From Candidatus Omnitrophota bacterium (GTDB lineage: Bacteria; Omnitrophota; Gorgyraeia; Pluralincolimonadales; Pluralincolimonadaceae): 64,000 nucleotides of DNA. The notes beneath the pieces were generated by a model, which did no database searches, was not told the origin of the DNA, and saw only the letters and a list, made by a program, of their open reading frames with translations. The stretch spans positions 5,188 through 69,187 of the forward strand of contig JAUYOH010000031.1 in NCBI GenBank assembly GCA_030695925.1. The letters run 5' to 3'. A program made the position numbers and the translations under genes. Shown here in pieces: positions 24,583 to 33,823 of the stretch; position 1 is the first letter of the stretch; every line of letters starts with the position of its first letter.

Positions 24583-26683
24583 CACTAAAAAACAACGCTT
24601 AAACGAGATTCCCGTCCGCTATGTCAAAGGTGTCGGGCCGGCGAGGGCCGAGACGTTAAAACGCCTTGAGATAGAAACCGTCGAGGACCTGTTATATCAT
24701 TTCCCGCGCCGATACGAGGACAGAAGCAAATTCAAACCGATATCGCAGGTCAAGATCGGAGAATACGGGACCGTCAAGGGCGAGATACTCACGCTGGGCG
24801 GCCACCGTATCGGGAAAGGCAAAAGCATATTCAGGGTCAAGGTCGGCGACGAAACCGGGGCCATATATGCCGTATGGTTTAACCAGCCGTATATGAAGAA
24901 TTGGTTTAAGTCCGGTGACAAGATAATACTTTACGGCAAGGTCGAGATATATAAAGATGTTCAGATAACCGCGCCCGAGTTCGAGATCATAACGGAAGAG
25001 GGGAAAGAGACGATACATACCGGCAGGATAGTCCCGATATATCCCCTTACCGAGGGGTTAAGCAACAGAGGGTTGCGCTCCATAATGAAGAATGCTCTGG
25101 ATAAATATTTAGATGAAGTCGATGAGGCGCTTCCCTCCGAGATACGCGCGCGGCATAAGTTATTGGACCTAAAGCAGGCCATCGGAAATTTGCATTTCCC
25201 CGAGGCCGAGGCATTAAGGCAGGCGGCTTACGAGAGGGTAGTATTCGATGAATTTTTTATTCTGCAACTGGCATTGGCGTTGCGCAAGACGAAGATAAAA
25301 GAGGCCGATGGCGGTATAGCTCATAAGGTCGGCGGAGAATTATTGGGATCCTTTAAAATGTTGATCCCGTTTAGATTGACCGATGCCCAAAGGAAAGCGA
25401 TAGAGGATATAGAGAAGGACATGGCAAGTCCCAAGCCGATGAACCGGCTCCTGGAAGGAGATGTCGGCTCAGGTAAGACGATAGTCGCCGCATATGCCCT
25501 TGTTCTGACCGTCCAGAACGGCTATCAGGGCGCTTTAATGGTGCCGACAGAGATACTGGCGCGGCAGCATTTTAACAACCTTAACGGCTTGTTGAGGCCT
25601 TTGGGGATCAATATCGTTTTATTGACTAACGCGGTCATCGGTGAATCGCGGGAGGAAGCAAGCAGGATGGTGGAAGACGGCACCGCGAATATCATCGTCG
25701 GGACGCATGCCTTGATACAGGAGGGTGTTAAGTTTAAAAATTTGGGCCTCGCTGTTATAGATGAACAGCACAAATTCGGCGTTGACCAGCGCTCTAGCCT
25801 GAAAGAGAAAGGCTCGAATCCGGATGTCCTTTTTATGACGGCCACCCCAATACCGCGTACCCTCGCGATGACCCTTTACGGCGACCTTGACCTCTCGGTG
25901 TTAGACCAGATGCCTGAGGGCAGGATACCGCCTAAAGCATACTGGGTCGGGGAAGAGAGGCGGCAGGGAATATATAAATTCATAGCTCAGGAGGTCTCAG
26001 CCGGACGGCAGGCGTTCATAGTCTATCCGATTATCGAAAAAAAGAAGGACAAAGGTCTCCCCGCCAGAGGCGGGTCCGCCTCCGGCGGAAAAGCGGCTAC
26101 AGATATGTATGAAAAATTTAAGAGAGAAATATTCCCCAAGTTTAAAGTTGGCCTTGTCCACGGCAGGCTGGAGGACAGCGAAAAGGAACGCGTCATGGAT
26201 GATTTCAAGGACGGAAAGGTGCAGATACTGGTCTCGACCACGATTATAGAGGTCGGTATAGACAATCCCAACGTCTCTGTCATGCTGATAGAGAATCCTG
26301 AGAGGTTCGGTTTAAGCCAGTTGCATCAATTGCGCGGAAGAATAGGCCGTGGCAACCAGCGTTCATATTGCATCCTTTTGTCCGAGACGGAATCGGAACA
26401 GGCCAAGAAGAGGCTCAAGGCGCTTATAAGCACGACCAGCGGTTTTAATATAGCCGAGGAGGACCTCCAGATACGCGGCCCGGGCGAGTTCTTCGGGATT
26501 AGACAGCACGGCCTTCCGGAGTTGCGATACGCGAACCTCGTCTCCGACGTAAGGCAGCTCGAGGCTGCCCGAAAAGAAGCATTCAATCTGATCAATTGTG
26601 ATGGTGATCTATCTTTGCCGAACCATAAACAGCTCAAAGAGATCATAAAACGTAAATTCTCAGAGAAAATCCCCTCACCTTAA
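24554..26683 (+). CDS. recG: ATP-dependent DNA helicase RecG
   Basis: GDVGSGKT, DEQH, TATPIPR, QLRGRIGRG, RGPGE. Confidence 0.97.
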   Translation: MITYQGLNINTKKQRLNEIPVRYVKGVGPARAETLKRLEIETVEDLLYHFPRRYEDRSKFKPISQVKIGEYGTVKGEILTLGGHRIGKGKSIFRVKVGDETGAIYAVWFNQPYMKNWFKSGDKIILYGKVEIYKDVQITAPEFEIITEEGKETIHTGRIVPIYPLTEGLSNRGLRSIMKNALDKYLDEVDEALPSEIRARHKLLDLKQAIGNLHFPEAEALRQAAYERVVFDEFFILQLALALRKTKIKEADGGIAHKVGGELLGSFKMLIPFRLTDAQRKAIEDIEKDMASPKPMNRLLEGDVGSGKTIVAAYALVLTVQNGYQGALMVPTEILARQHFNNLNGLLRPLGINIVLLTNAVIGESREEASRMVEDGTANIIVGTHALIQEGVKFKNLGLAVIDEQHKFGVDQRSSLKEKGSNPDVLFMTATPIPRTLAMTLYGDLDLSVLDQMPEGRIPPKAYWVGEERRQGIYKFIAQEVSAGRQAFIVYPIIEKKKDKGLPARGGSASGGKAATDMYEKFKREIFPKFKVGLVHGRLEDSEKERVMDDFKDGKVQILVSTTIIEVGIDNPNVSVMLIENPERFGLSQLHQLRGRIGRGNQRSYCILLSETESEQAKKRLKALISTTSGFNIAEEDLQIRGPGEFFGIRQHGLPELRYANLVSDVRQLEAARKEAFNLINCDGDLSLPNHKQLKEIIKRKFSEKIPSP
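26060..26089. repeat. 30-bp double-hairpin palindrome inserted in frame in recG
   Basis: cccgcc-aga-ggcggg + tccgcc-tcc-ggcgga; encodes PARGGSASGG. Confidence 0.75.
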
Positions 26684-26717
26684 TCCTCTCCCCTCTGGGG
26701 AGAGGGCAAGGGTGAGG
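26671..26717. repeat. BoxC-like palindromic repeat at recG/rsmD junction
   Basis: cctcacc...cctctcccc-tct-ggggagagg...ggtgagg; related copy at 58663. Confidence 0.8.
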
Positions 26718-26731
26718 AGGAACGAGGCAGT

Positions 26732-27280
26732 ATGCGAATAACAAGCGGAGCATTCAAGAGCAGGATAATCAAGGCGCCGGGCGGGATAAGGCCGACTCTT
26801 GATAATGTGCGCAAGAGCGTATTCGATATACTAGGAGAGAAGGTAATAGGCGCAAGAGTTCTGGATCTGTACGCCGGCTCGGGGGCTTTCGGCTTAGAGG
26901 CCTTAAGCCGGGGAGCCGGTTCCTGTGTCTTTGTGGACAATAGCCGCGCCTCGGTTGCGGCGATAAGGGATAACCTGCAGGCGCTTAAGCTCTCCGAGAC
27001 AGGCGAGATAGCCATCATCTATGCTGACTCTCTGACGGTTATGGCGAAATTCGCTCATACCGCCGGTTTCGACCTCATATTCCTCGACCCGCCATACTAC
27101 AAATCTATAGCGAAAAAATCCTTGTCTTTGCTTGGCGAATGTGATATATTAACAAAAACTGGCATCGTAATTGTCGAGCACTCTAAGCATGATGAACTGC
27201 CCGCCAAGGCAGGCGAATTAACACTTTTCCGCAACGCCAGATATGGCGATACGGAAATTTCTTTTTACCGCAAGGAATAA
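26732..27280 (+). CDS. rsmD: 16S rRNA m2G966 methyltransferase
   Basis: MRITSG, RPT, LDLYAGSG, EALSRGA, DPPY. Confidence 0.95.
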   Translation: MRITSGAFKSRIIKAPGGIRPTLDNVRKSVFDILGEKVIGARVLDLYAGSGAFGLEALSRGAGSCVFVDNSRASVAAIRDNLQALKLSETGEIAIIYADSLTVMAKFAHTAGFDLIFLDPPYYKSIAKKSLSLLGECDILTKTGIVIVEHSKHDELPAKAGELTLFRNARYGDTEISFYRKE

Positions 27281-27286
27281 TACTCT

Positions 27287-27766
27287 ATGGGATTAAAGGC
27301 GGTCTATCCGGGGACTTTTGACCCCGTAACTTACGGTCATATCGACCTTATAAAGCGGGCCGTTAAGATATTCGACACGGTTATCATCGCCGTCGCCCGC
27401 AATGCGGATAAGGGCCCCCTCTTCACGGCGCAGGAGCGTGTCAGCATGCTCAAAGAGGCGACAAAGGGGATAAGGGGTGTCGTCATTGAGGATTTTGACG
27501 GTCTGGTCGTTAACTATGTCAGGAAGAAGGGTTCCTCTGTTATGATACGTGGCCTGCGCATGATCTCTGATTTTGAGTATGAGTTCCAGATGGCGCTTAC
27601 CAACAGGAAACTGGCGCAGGACATAGAGACTATCTTTATGATGCCGTCGGAGTCATATTGTTATCTCTCGTCTAAACTCATAAAGGAGGCGTTTGCGCTT
27701 GGGGCAGATGTCAAGGCGTTTGTCCCGGGGTTCGTCACGAAGGCGCTCGCTAAAAAACTAAGATGA
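27287..27766 (+). CDS. coaD: phosphopantetheine adenylyltransferase
   Basis: YPGTFDP.T.GH, RGLR..SDFEYE. Confidence 0.97.
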   Translation: MGLKAVYPGTFDPVTYGHIDLIKRAVKIFDTVIIAVARNADKGPLFTAQERVSMLKEATKGIRGVVIEDFDGLVVNYVRKKGSSVMIRGLRMISDFEYEFQMALTNRKLAQDIETIFMMPSESYCYLSSKLIKEAFALGADVKAFVPGFVTKALAKKLR

Positions 27767-28218
27767 AGATAAAGATAAACGATATACCCAAAGACGGCTT
27801 GGAATTGACGGAAAGTCAGGGCGCGGGCGCCCTGGATCTGGCAAGGGATGATTTGAGATTTGTTTCACCGGTCGACATATCGGCATTTATCTCGAGAGAT
27901 AAAGACGAGGTTTATGCCCGCATAACGACAAAGGGTAAGCTTGAGATAACCTGCGCACGGTGCCTTTCGCCGGACAGGATAGATTTTAAGAAGGACTTCG
28001 ATTTAAGTTACGACGTCAAGGGGAAGACAAGCCTTGATCTGACCGATGATATAAGGCAGGAGATAGTCTTGGAGTGCCCCTTAAAGCCGCTCTGCAGGCA
28101 GGATTGCAAGGGCCTTTGCCCGGTCTGCGGAAAGAACCTTAACGAAGGTTCCTGCGGCCATAAATCGGATTCTCAAAAATGGAGTGAATCGAAAGGTAAC
28201 ACAATCAAGGAGGAATAA
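27763..28218 (+). CDS. yceD: DUF177/YceD family protein
   Basis: CARCL and PLC...C.GLCP.CG.NLN; precedes rpmF. Confidence 0.88.
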   Translation: MKIKINDIPKDGLELTESQGAGALDLARDDLRFVSPVDISAFISRDKDEVYARITTKGKLEITCARCLSPDRIDFKKDFDLSYDVKGKTSLDLTDDIRQEIVLECPLKPLCRQDCKGLCPVCGKNLNEGSCGHKSDSQKWSESKGNTIKEE

Positions 28219-28222
28219 ATAA

Positions 28223-28420
28223 ATGGCTTTGCCCAAGAGAAAACATTCAAAAGCGAGAAGAGATAAATCAAGGACCCATCAGGCCCTGTCTAGTCCCCAA
28301 CTTACTAAATGCCCACAATGTTTTACGTTAATAAGACCCCACCATATCTGTCCCGCCTGCGGGTATTATAAGGGACGCAAAGTGGTGGACATAAAGGTTA
28401 AGAAAGAGAAGAAGAGATGA
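28223..28420 (+). CDS. rpmF: 50S ribosomal protein L32
   Basis: MALPKRK.S, CPQC...HH.C..CG.Y. Confidence 0.96.
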   Translation: MALPKRKHSKARRDKSRTHQALSSPQLTKCPQCFTLIRPHHICPACGYYKGRKVVDIKVKKEKKR

Positions 28421-29406
28421 GGATCGCTGTTGACGGAATGGGCGGTGACTACGCGCCTCAAGTAGTAGTCGAGGGCGCGGTTACGGCTGCTTTGGAATAT
28501 GGTTTTGATATCGTTATAGTGGGCGAGCGCTCAAAGATCGAAGCAGAATTATCGAAACTTCCTTCAGTGCCTTCTTCTATAAGCGTCCATCATGCCTCCG
28601 AGGTGATAGATATGCATGAGCCGGGCGCGGTAAGTGTCCGCGCCAAGAAAGACTCTTCTATATGGGTCGCAGCCGAACTAGCGAAAGAAAAAAAAGTGGA
28701 TGCGGTGGTCTCTGCCGGCAATACCGCCGCATTCGTAAGCGCGGCGATGCTTTCCCTGAAGCGGCTTGAAAACGTGGAACGCCCGGGCATAGCGGTGCTT
28801 GTACCCTCTCTTAAGGGCCCCGTACTAATGATAGATGTGGGGGCGACGATAAATCCCGAGGCGGAACACCTTGTTACTTTCGGTTTGATGGGTGAGGTAT
28901 ACGCGAAATATATTCTCAAAAAGAAAAATCCCGTGATAGGCCTCTTGAACATAGGGGAGGAATCTTCCAAAGGGCCGGAATTTTTGAAGGAGACGCACCG
29001 GCTTCTGGAATTAAGCAAATTCAATTTTCAGGGTAATGCCGAAGGAAGGGACATCTTCGCCGGCAAATTCGACGTAGTCGTATGCGACGGCTATACGGGA
29101 AACGTGGTTCTGAAGGTTGCCGAATCGATAGCGGGTATCATCGCTTCGTTTATAAAGGAAGAATTGAAGAAGGACCCATTAAGGATGCTCGGAGGCCTCT
29201 TGAGCGCGTCGGCTTTTGAAGCGGTAAAGAGACAAATAGACTATGCCGAATACGGCGGGGCTCCGCTCTTAGGGGTCAACGGCATATGTATAATCAGCCA
29301 CGGACGTTCCTCGGCAAAAGCGATAAAGAACGCTATAAGGGTCGCCGGAGAATTCGTCGAACATCAGGTAAACAAACATATTATGGAGGCGATAAAGGCC
29401 TTTTGA
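28417..29406 (+). CDS. plsX: phosphate acyltransferase
   Basis: IAVD.MGGD.AP, LLNIGEE..KG, GGAPLLG, SHGRS. Confidence 0.97.
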   Translation: MRIAVDGMGGDYAPQVVVEGAVTAALEYGFDIVIVGERSKIEAELSKLPSVPSSISVHHASEVIDMHEPGAVSVRAKKDSSIWVAAELAKEKKVDAVVSAGNTAAFVSAAMLSLKRLENVERPGIAVLVPSLKGPVLMIDVGATINPEAEHLVTFGLMGEVYAKYILKKKNPVIGLLNIGEESSKGPEFLKETHRLLELSKFNFQGNAEGRDIFAGKFDVVVCDGYTGNVVLKVAESIAGIIASFIKEELKKDPLRMLGGLLSASAFEAVKRQIDYAEYGGAPLLGVNGICIISHGRSSAKAIKNAIRVAGEFVEHQVNKHIMEAIKAF

Positions 29407-29407
29407 T

Positions 29408-30421
29408 ATGGTTACTAAAAAAGTTAAATATATCAAAAAGCAGGTAAGAAGGGCAGGGATAATCGGCCTCGGTTCATATCTGCCGAAAAAAGTCCTGACC
29501 AACACTGACCTCGAGAAGATGGTCGATACTTCGCCCGAATGGATAATGACCCGTACCGGCATAGCCGAACGCCGTATCGCCGACCCCAAAGAGGTGACCT
29601 CTGACCTGGCCGCAAATGCGGCCAAGCAGGCGCTAAGGAACGCTAAGTTAGCTCCCGAGGACGTAGAGTTGATAGTCCTCGCTACGATAACGCCGGATAT
29701 GCAGTTTCCGGCCACCAGTTGTTTTGTCCAGGCCAAAATAGGCGCGGCCAATGCCGCTTGTTTCGATATCAACGCCGCCTGCTCCGGTTTTATACACGGT
29801 TTAGTTATCGCCCAGCAATTTATCGCAAGCGGCACTTATAATAATGTATTGGTCATCGGCGTAGAACTACTGTCGCGTTTCATAGATTGGAAGGACAGGT
29901 CCACCTGCGTCTTATTCGGAGACGGGGCTGGCGCCGCGGTCGTCGCTCCGGTGAAGTCAGGCGGGATAATCTCCTCGTACCTAGGGGCTGATGGGAATAA
30001 AAGCGACCTTTTGATGTTTCCCGCCGGCGGTTCACGTATGCCCACCTCGCATAAGACGGTAAGCGAGGGGATGCACTCTTTGAAGATGCAGGGAAACGAC
30101 GTATTTAAATACGCTGTTCGTGTAATGGCCAATGCAGCTCATAAATCGCTGAAGAAAGCGGGCCTTAGCCCCAAGGACGTAGATTGCGTTATACCTCATC
30201 AGGCGAACATCAGAATAATCGAAGCGGTAGCCAAGAGGGTCGGCGTTCCGATGGAAAAGGTATTTGTGAACGTGGATAGGTACGGCAACATGTCGGCCGC
30301 CTCGGCTATAGTAGCCCTGTGCGAAGCGGTCAATGAGGGCCGCGTTAAGAAGGGCGATACCGTCCTCTTGGTGGCCTTCGGCAGCGGTTTTGTATGGGGT
30401 TCCAGCGTCATCAAATGGTAG
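29408..30421 (+). CDS. fabH: 3-oxoacyl-ACP synthase III
   Basis: AACSGF, FGDGAGA, PHQAN.RI, GN.SAAS. Confidence 0.97.
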   Translation: MVTKKVKYIKKQVRRAGIIGLGSYLPKKVLTNTDLEKMVDTSPEWIMTRTGIAERRIADPKEVTSDLAANAAKQALRNAKLAPEDVELIVLATITPDMQFPATSCFVQAKIGAANAACFDINAACSGFIHGLVIAQQFIASGTYNNVLVIGVELLSRFIDWKDRSTCVLFGDGAGAAVVAPVKSGGIISSYLGADGNKSDLLMFPAGGSRMPTSHKTVSEGMHSLKMQGNDVFKYAVRVMANAAHKSLKKAGLSPKDVDCVIPHQANIRIIEAVAKRVGVPMEKVFVNVDRYGNMSAASAIVALCEAVNEGRVKKGDTVLLVAFGSGFVWGSSVIKW

Positions 30422-31344
30422 ACCTCGCCCTGATCTTTCCGGGCCAGGGTGCCCAATATGTCGGCATGGGGAAGGAACTATACGAAGGATTTCCCGCCGC
30501 GAAAGTAATCTACGAAAAAGCGAACAATGTCTTGGGGTTTGATGTCGCCAAAATTTGTTTTGAAGGCCCCAAAGAAGAATTGACCCGAACGGACATATGC
30601 CAGCCCGCTATTTTAGTGACTTCAATAGCCGCTCTAAGGTCACTGGAGTTGGCCTTATCTTCACCCATCTCTCCGGCTGCAGTCTTGGGATTAAGCCTCG
30701 GTGAGTATACTGCTTTGGTATGCTCGGGTTCGTTAGGATTCGAGAACGCCGTTTCTCTTGTGCGTAAACGCGGCCAGTTTATGGAAGAAGCGTCGCGGCA
30801 GAATCCCGGTACCATGGCTTCCGTTATCGGATTGTCTGTCGAGGAGGCAAGGAAGGTCTGCATGGAGACAGGGGCCGAGGTGGCCAATGTAAATTGTCCC
30901 GGACAAGTCGTCATCTCGGGCACTAAAGAGAAAGTGGAGGCGGCCTCGGAATTGGCGAAGCATAGAGGGGCAAAGAGGGTCATACCTTTGGATGTAAGCG
31001 GCGCCTTCCATTCGAGTTTGATGCAGTCTGCCGCGGACAGATTAAAAGCGGAGCTCGATAATATAGAAGTAAAAGCGCCGAAGATAAAGATAGTGACAAA
31101 TGTCAGCGCCAAATATGAAGTTATGCCCCAAGAGATAAAGGATAATCTGGTCTCCCAGGTCAAATCATCGGTACTATGGGAGGACTCGATAAGGTACCTG
31201 GCGGGGCAGGGGGTCAGAAGGTTTATCGAGGTCGGGCCCGGAAAGGTTCTCTCGGGGCTCTTGCGCAGGATCGACCCTGCCCTTGAGACTTATAACATGG
31301 AAAATCCGGCTGATATCGCGGCCGTAAAAGAGGTCATCGGGTAG
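30415..31344 (+). CDS. fabD: malonyl-CoA:ACP transacylase
   Basis: FPGQGAQ, GLSLGEY, VSGAFHS. Confidence 0.96.
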   Translation: MVDLALIFPGQGAQYVGMGKELYEGFPAAKVIYEKANNVLGFDVAKICFEGPKEELTRTDICQPAILVTSIAALRSLELALSSPISPAAVLGLSLGEYTALVCSGSLGFENAVSLVRKRGQFMEEASRQNPGTMASVIGLSVEEARKVCMETGAEVANVNCPGQVVISGTKEKVEAASELAKHRGAKRVIPLDVSGAFHSSLMQSAADRLKAELDNIEVKAPKIKIVTNVSAKYEVMPQEIKDNLVSQVKSSVLWEDSIRYLAGQGVRRFIEVGPGKVLSGLLRRIDPALETYNMENPADIAAVKEVIG

Positions 31345-31353
31345 GAGGAAAAG

Positions 31354-32094
31354 ATGATTTTAAAGGACAGAGTTGCTTTAATAACCGGCGGGGCAAGGGG
31401 GATAGGGCGGGATATGGCGCTTCTCTTCGCTCAGGAGGGTTCGGATATCGCCATCTGTGATGTCAATCAGGAAGCCCTTGACGCGACCAAGAAGGAGATA
31501 GAGGCTTTGGGACGGCGCGCCGAGGGTTTTATCGTCGATGTCACTAACTTGGCACAGGTAGAGGACATGATCAACAAAATCCTTGACAAATTTCAGAAAA
31601 TTGATATACTCGTAAACAACGCAGGCATAACCAGAGACAGTCTCATTGTCAGGATGAGCGAGAAGGATTTCGACTCGGTCATCGCCGTAAACCTAAAGGG
31701 CACATTTAATTGCACCAAGAGCGTCTCGAAGGTTATGATGAAACAAAGATACGGCAAGATAATTTCCATCGCATCGATAATTGGGATTATTGGCAATGCC
31801 GGTCAGGCCAATTACGCCGCGTCCAAAGCCGGTATAATCGCTCTAACTAAGAGCGTGGCGAAGGAATTAGCCTCACGCAATGTCAACGTCAACGCGATAG
31901 CGCCCGGTTTCATAGAGACCGATATGACGGCGAAGCTGGCAGACGATGTAAAATCCCAGATGCTCACCCTGATCCCTTTAAATAGATTCGGCAAGGCAAT
32001 CGATGTGGCGAAGGCGGCTCTGTTTTTGGCATCGGACACGTCGTCCTATATAACGGGCCAGGTTATTCAAGTCGACGGCGGAATGGTGATGTAA
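31354..32094 (+). CDS. fabG: 3-oxoacyl-ACP reductase
   Basis: TGGARGIG, NNAGITRD, YAASK. Confidence 0.96.
   Translation: MILKDRVALITGGARGIGRDMALLFAQEGSDIAICDVNQEALDATKKEIEALGRRAEGFIVDVTNLAQVEDMINKILDKFQKIDILVNNAGITRDSLIVRMSEKDFDSVIAVNLKGTFNCTKSVSKVMMKQRYGKIISIASIIGIIGNAGQANYAASKAGIIALTKSVAKELASRNVNVNAIAPGFIETDMTAKLADDVKSQMLTLIPLNRFGKAIDVAKAALFLASDTSSYITGQVIQVDGGMVM
31583..31610 (+). promoter_or_regulatory. putative internal promoter in fabG
   Basis: TTGACA-16 nt-TATACT with TG extension. Confidence 0.5.
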
Positions 32095-32098
32095 GTGA

Positions 32099-32273
32099 GG
32101 ACATAAGTTATGGAGTTTTTGTTTAACCATTATAAACGACATAACTTATGTGTCCGAACTTACCCCCGCTGCTTCGCTTTGCGAAGCAAAGCGACGGGGG
32201 TCAAATTCGCACGCACAGAGTAGCGACTCTATGGAGAACAACTTACGTCACTGTCGTTCCGTAAGTCGTGTGC
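32099..32273. other. structured intergenic region upstream of acpP (inverted repeats/hairpins)
   Basis: 12-bp perfect IR 32101-32112/32140-32151; acccccg..tgcttcgc-ttt-gcgaagca..cgggggt; agagt-agcg-actct; acttacg/cgtaagt. Confidence 0.6.
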
Positions 32274-32299
32274 TCATTTGAAAAGGAGGAGTCAAAGAC

Positions 32300-32545
32300 A
32301 TGTCAGCTGTTGGAGATAAAGTAAGGGAGATAATAGCCAAGCAGTTAGGTGTAAAATTGGAGGAAGTGACCCCCCAGGCGACATTCATCGATGACCTGGG
32401 CGCCGATTCGCTGGATACGGTAGAGATCGTCATGGCGCTGGAAGAGGAATTCAAGCTCGAGATCCCGGATGAAGACGCCGAGAAGATGACCAACGTCGGC
32501 GAAGCCATAAAATACATAGAAGAAAAATCAGGCGCCAAGGCCTAA
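32300..32545 (+). CDS. acpP: acyl carrier protein
   Basis: [11 protein letters not shown]; strong SD AAGGAGGAG. Confidence 0.98.
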   Translation: MSAVGDKVREIIAKQLGVKLEEVTPQATFIDDLGADSLDTVEIVMALEEEFKLEIPDEDAEKMTNVGEAIKYIEEKSGAKA

Positions 32546-32556
32546 AATCGATATTA

Positions 32557-33804
32557 ATGGAAAAAAGAAGAGTAGTAGTAACCGGCTTAGGCGCCGTTAC
32601 TCCGCTGGGAAATTCCAAGGATGAGTTTTGGAAGGCCCTCCTTGAAGGAAAGAGCGGAGTAGGAAGAATGACACATTTTGATCCCACCGGGTTCGACTGC
32701 CAGATCGCAGCCGAAGCAAAGAACTTCGATCCTTCCAGACATATAACCAATGCCAAAGAATTAAGAAGAATGGAACGTTTTGTCCAGTTTGCGGTATGTT
32801 CGGCCATAATGGCGGTCGAAGACGCCAAACTTGATATATCCAAGGAAGACCCTTACCGTATAGGCGTCATAGTCGGCTCCGGCATAGGCGGATTAAAGAT
32901 AATCCAGGACCAGTCCATCGTCTGGCATGAAAGAGGTCCCTCGAGGCTGGCCCCGCTCCTCATCCCGATGCTTATCGTGAATATGGCGCCGGGACAGATC
33001 TCGATTACGCTGGGAATAAAAGGGCCGAATTCATGTATCGCCACCGCCTGCGCGACAGGCAATCACTCAATCGGGGAGGCATTCAGGATAATACAACACG
33101 GATATGCCGACGTGATGATATCCGGAGGGACCGAGGCGGCGATAATCGAGACGGCCGTCGGAGGTTTCTGCGCCCTTAAGGCGCTTTCAACCAGAAACGA
33201 CGACCCCGGACACGCGAGCCGTCCTTTTGACAAGGACCGTGACGGATTTGTGATGGGAGAGGGCAGCGGTATCGCGATACTTGAATCTTTGGAACACGCG
33301 CAAAGGCGCGGCGCTAATATTTACGCGGAAGTGGCGGGTTACGGCATGTCAGGCGACGCCTATCATATGACGGCACCGGATCCGGACGGAGAGGGTGCTG
33401 CCGCGTGCATGAGATTCGCGCTGAAAGACGGCGGCATAAAACTGGAAGAAGTCTCATATATAAACGCCCACGGTACCTCGACAAAGCTTAATGATAAGAT
33501 AGAGACATTGGCCATAAAGAAAGTATTCGGTCAGTACGCATATAAAATACCGATAAGTTCCACCAAATCAATGACCGGCCATCTCTTGGGCGCGGCAGGC
33601 GGGGTTGAGTTTATTGCCAGCGCGCTTGCGGTCAAGGAGGATATAATTCCTCCTACTATTAATTACGAGACTCCGGATCCGGAATGCGATCTGGATTATG
33701 TCCCCAATAAGGCGAGGAAGGCCAAGGTCAACGTGGCGATCTCTAATGCCTTTGGTTTCGGTGGGCATAATGCCTGCATCGCGGTCAAGAAGTTCCTATC
33801 CTAA
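32557..33804 (+). CDS. fabF: 3-oxoacyl-ACP synthase II
   Basis: VVVTGLG, TACATG, NAHGTST, GHLLGAAG, NAFGFGGHN. Confidence 0.97.
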   Translation: MEKRRVVVTGLGAVTPLGNSKDEFWKALLEGKSGVGRMTHFDPTGFDCQIAAEAKNFDPSRHITNAKELRRMERFVQFAVCSAIMAVEDAKLDISKEDPYRIGVIVGSGIGGLKIIQDQSIVWHERGPSRLAPLLIPMLIVNMAPGQISITLGIKGPNSCIATACATGNHSIGEAFRIIQHGYADVMISGGTEAAIIETAVGGFCALKALSTRNDDPGHASRPFDKDRDGFVMGEGSGIAILESLEHAQRRGANIYAEVAGYGMSGDAYHMTAPDPDGEGAAACMRFALKDGGIKLEEVSYINAHGTSTKLNDKIETLAIKKVFGQYAYKIPISSTKSMTGHLLGAAGGVEFIASALAVKEDIIPPTINYETPDPECDLDYVPNKARKAKVNVAISNAFGFGGHNACIAVKKFLS

Positions 33805-33823
33805 AATACAATTAGGAGCGAAA

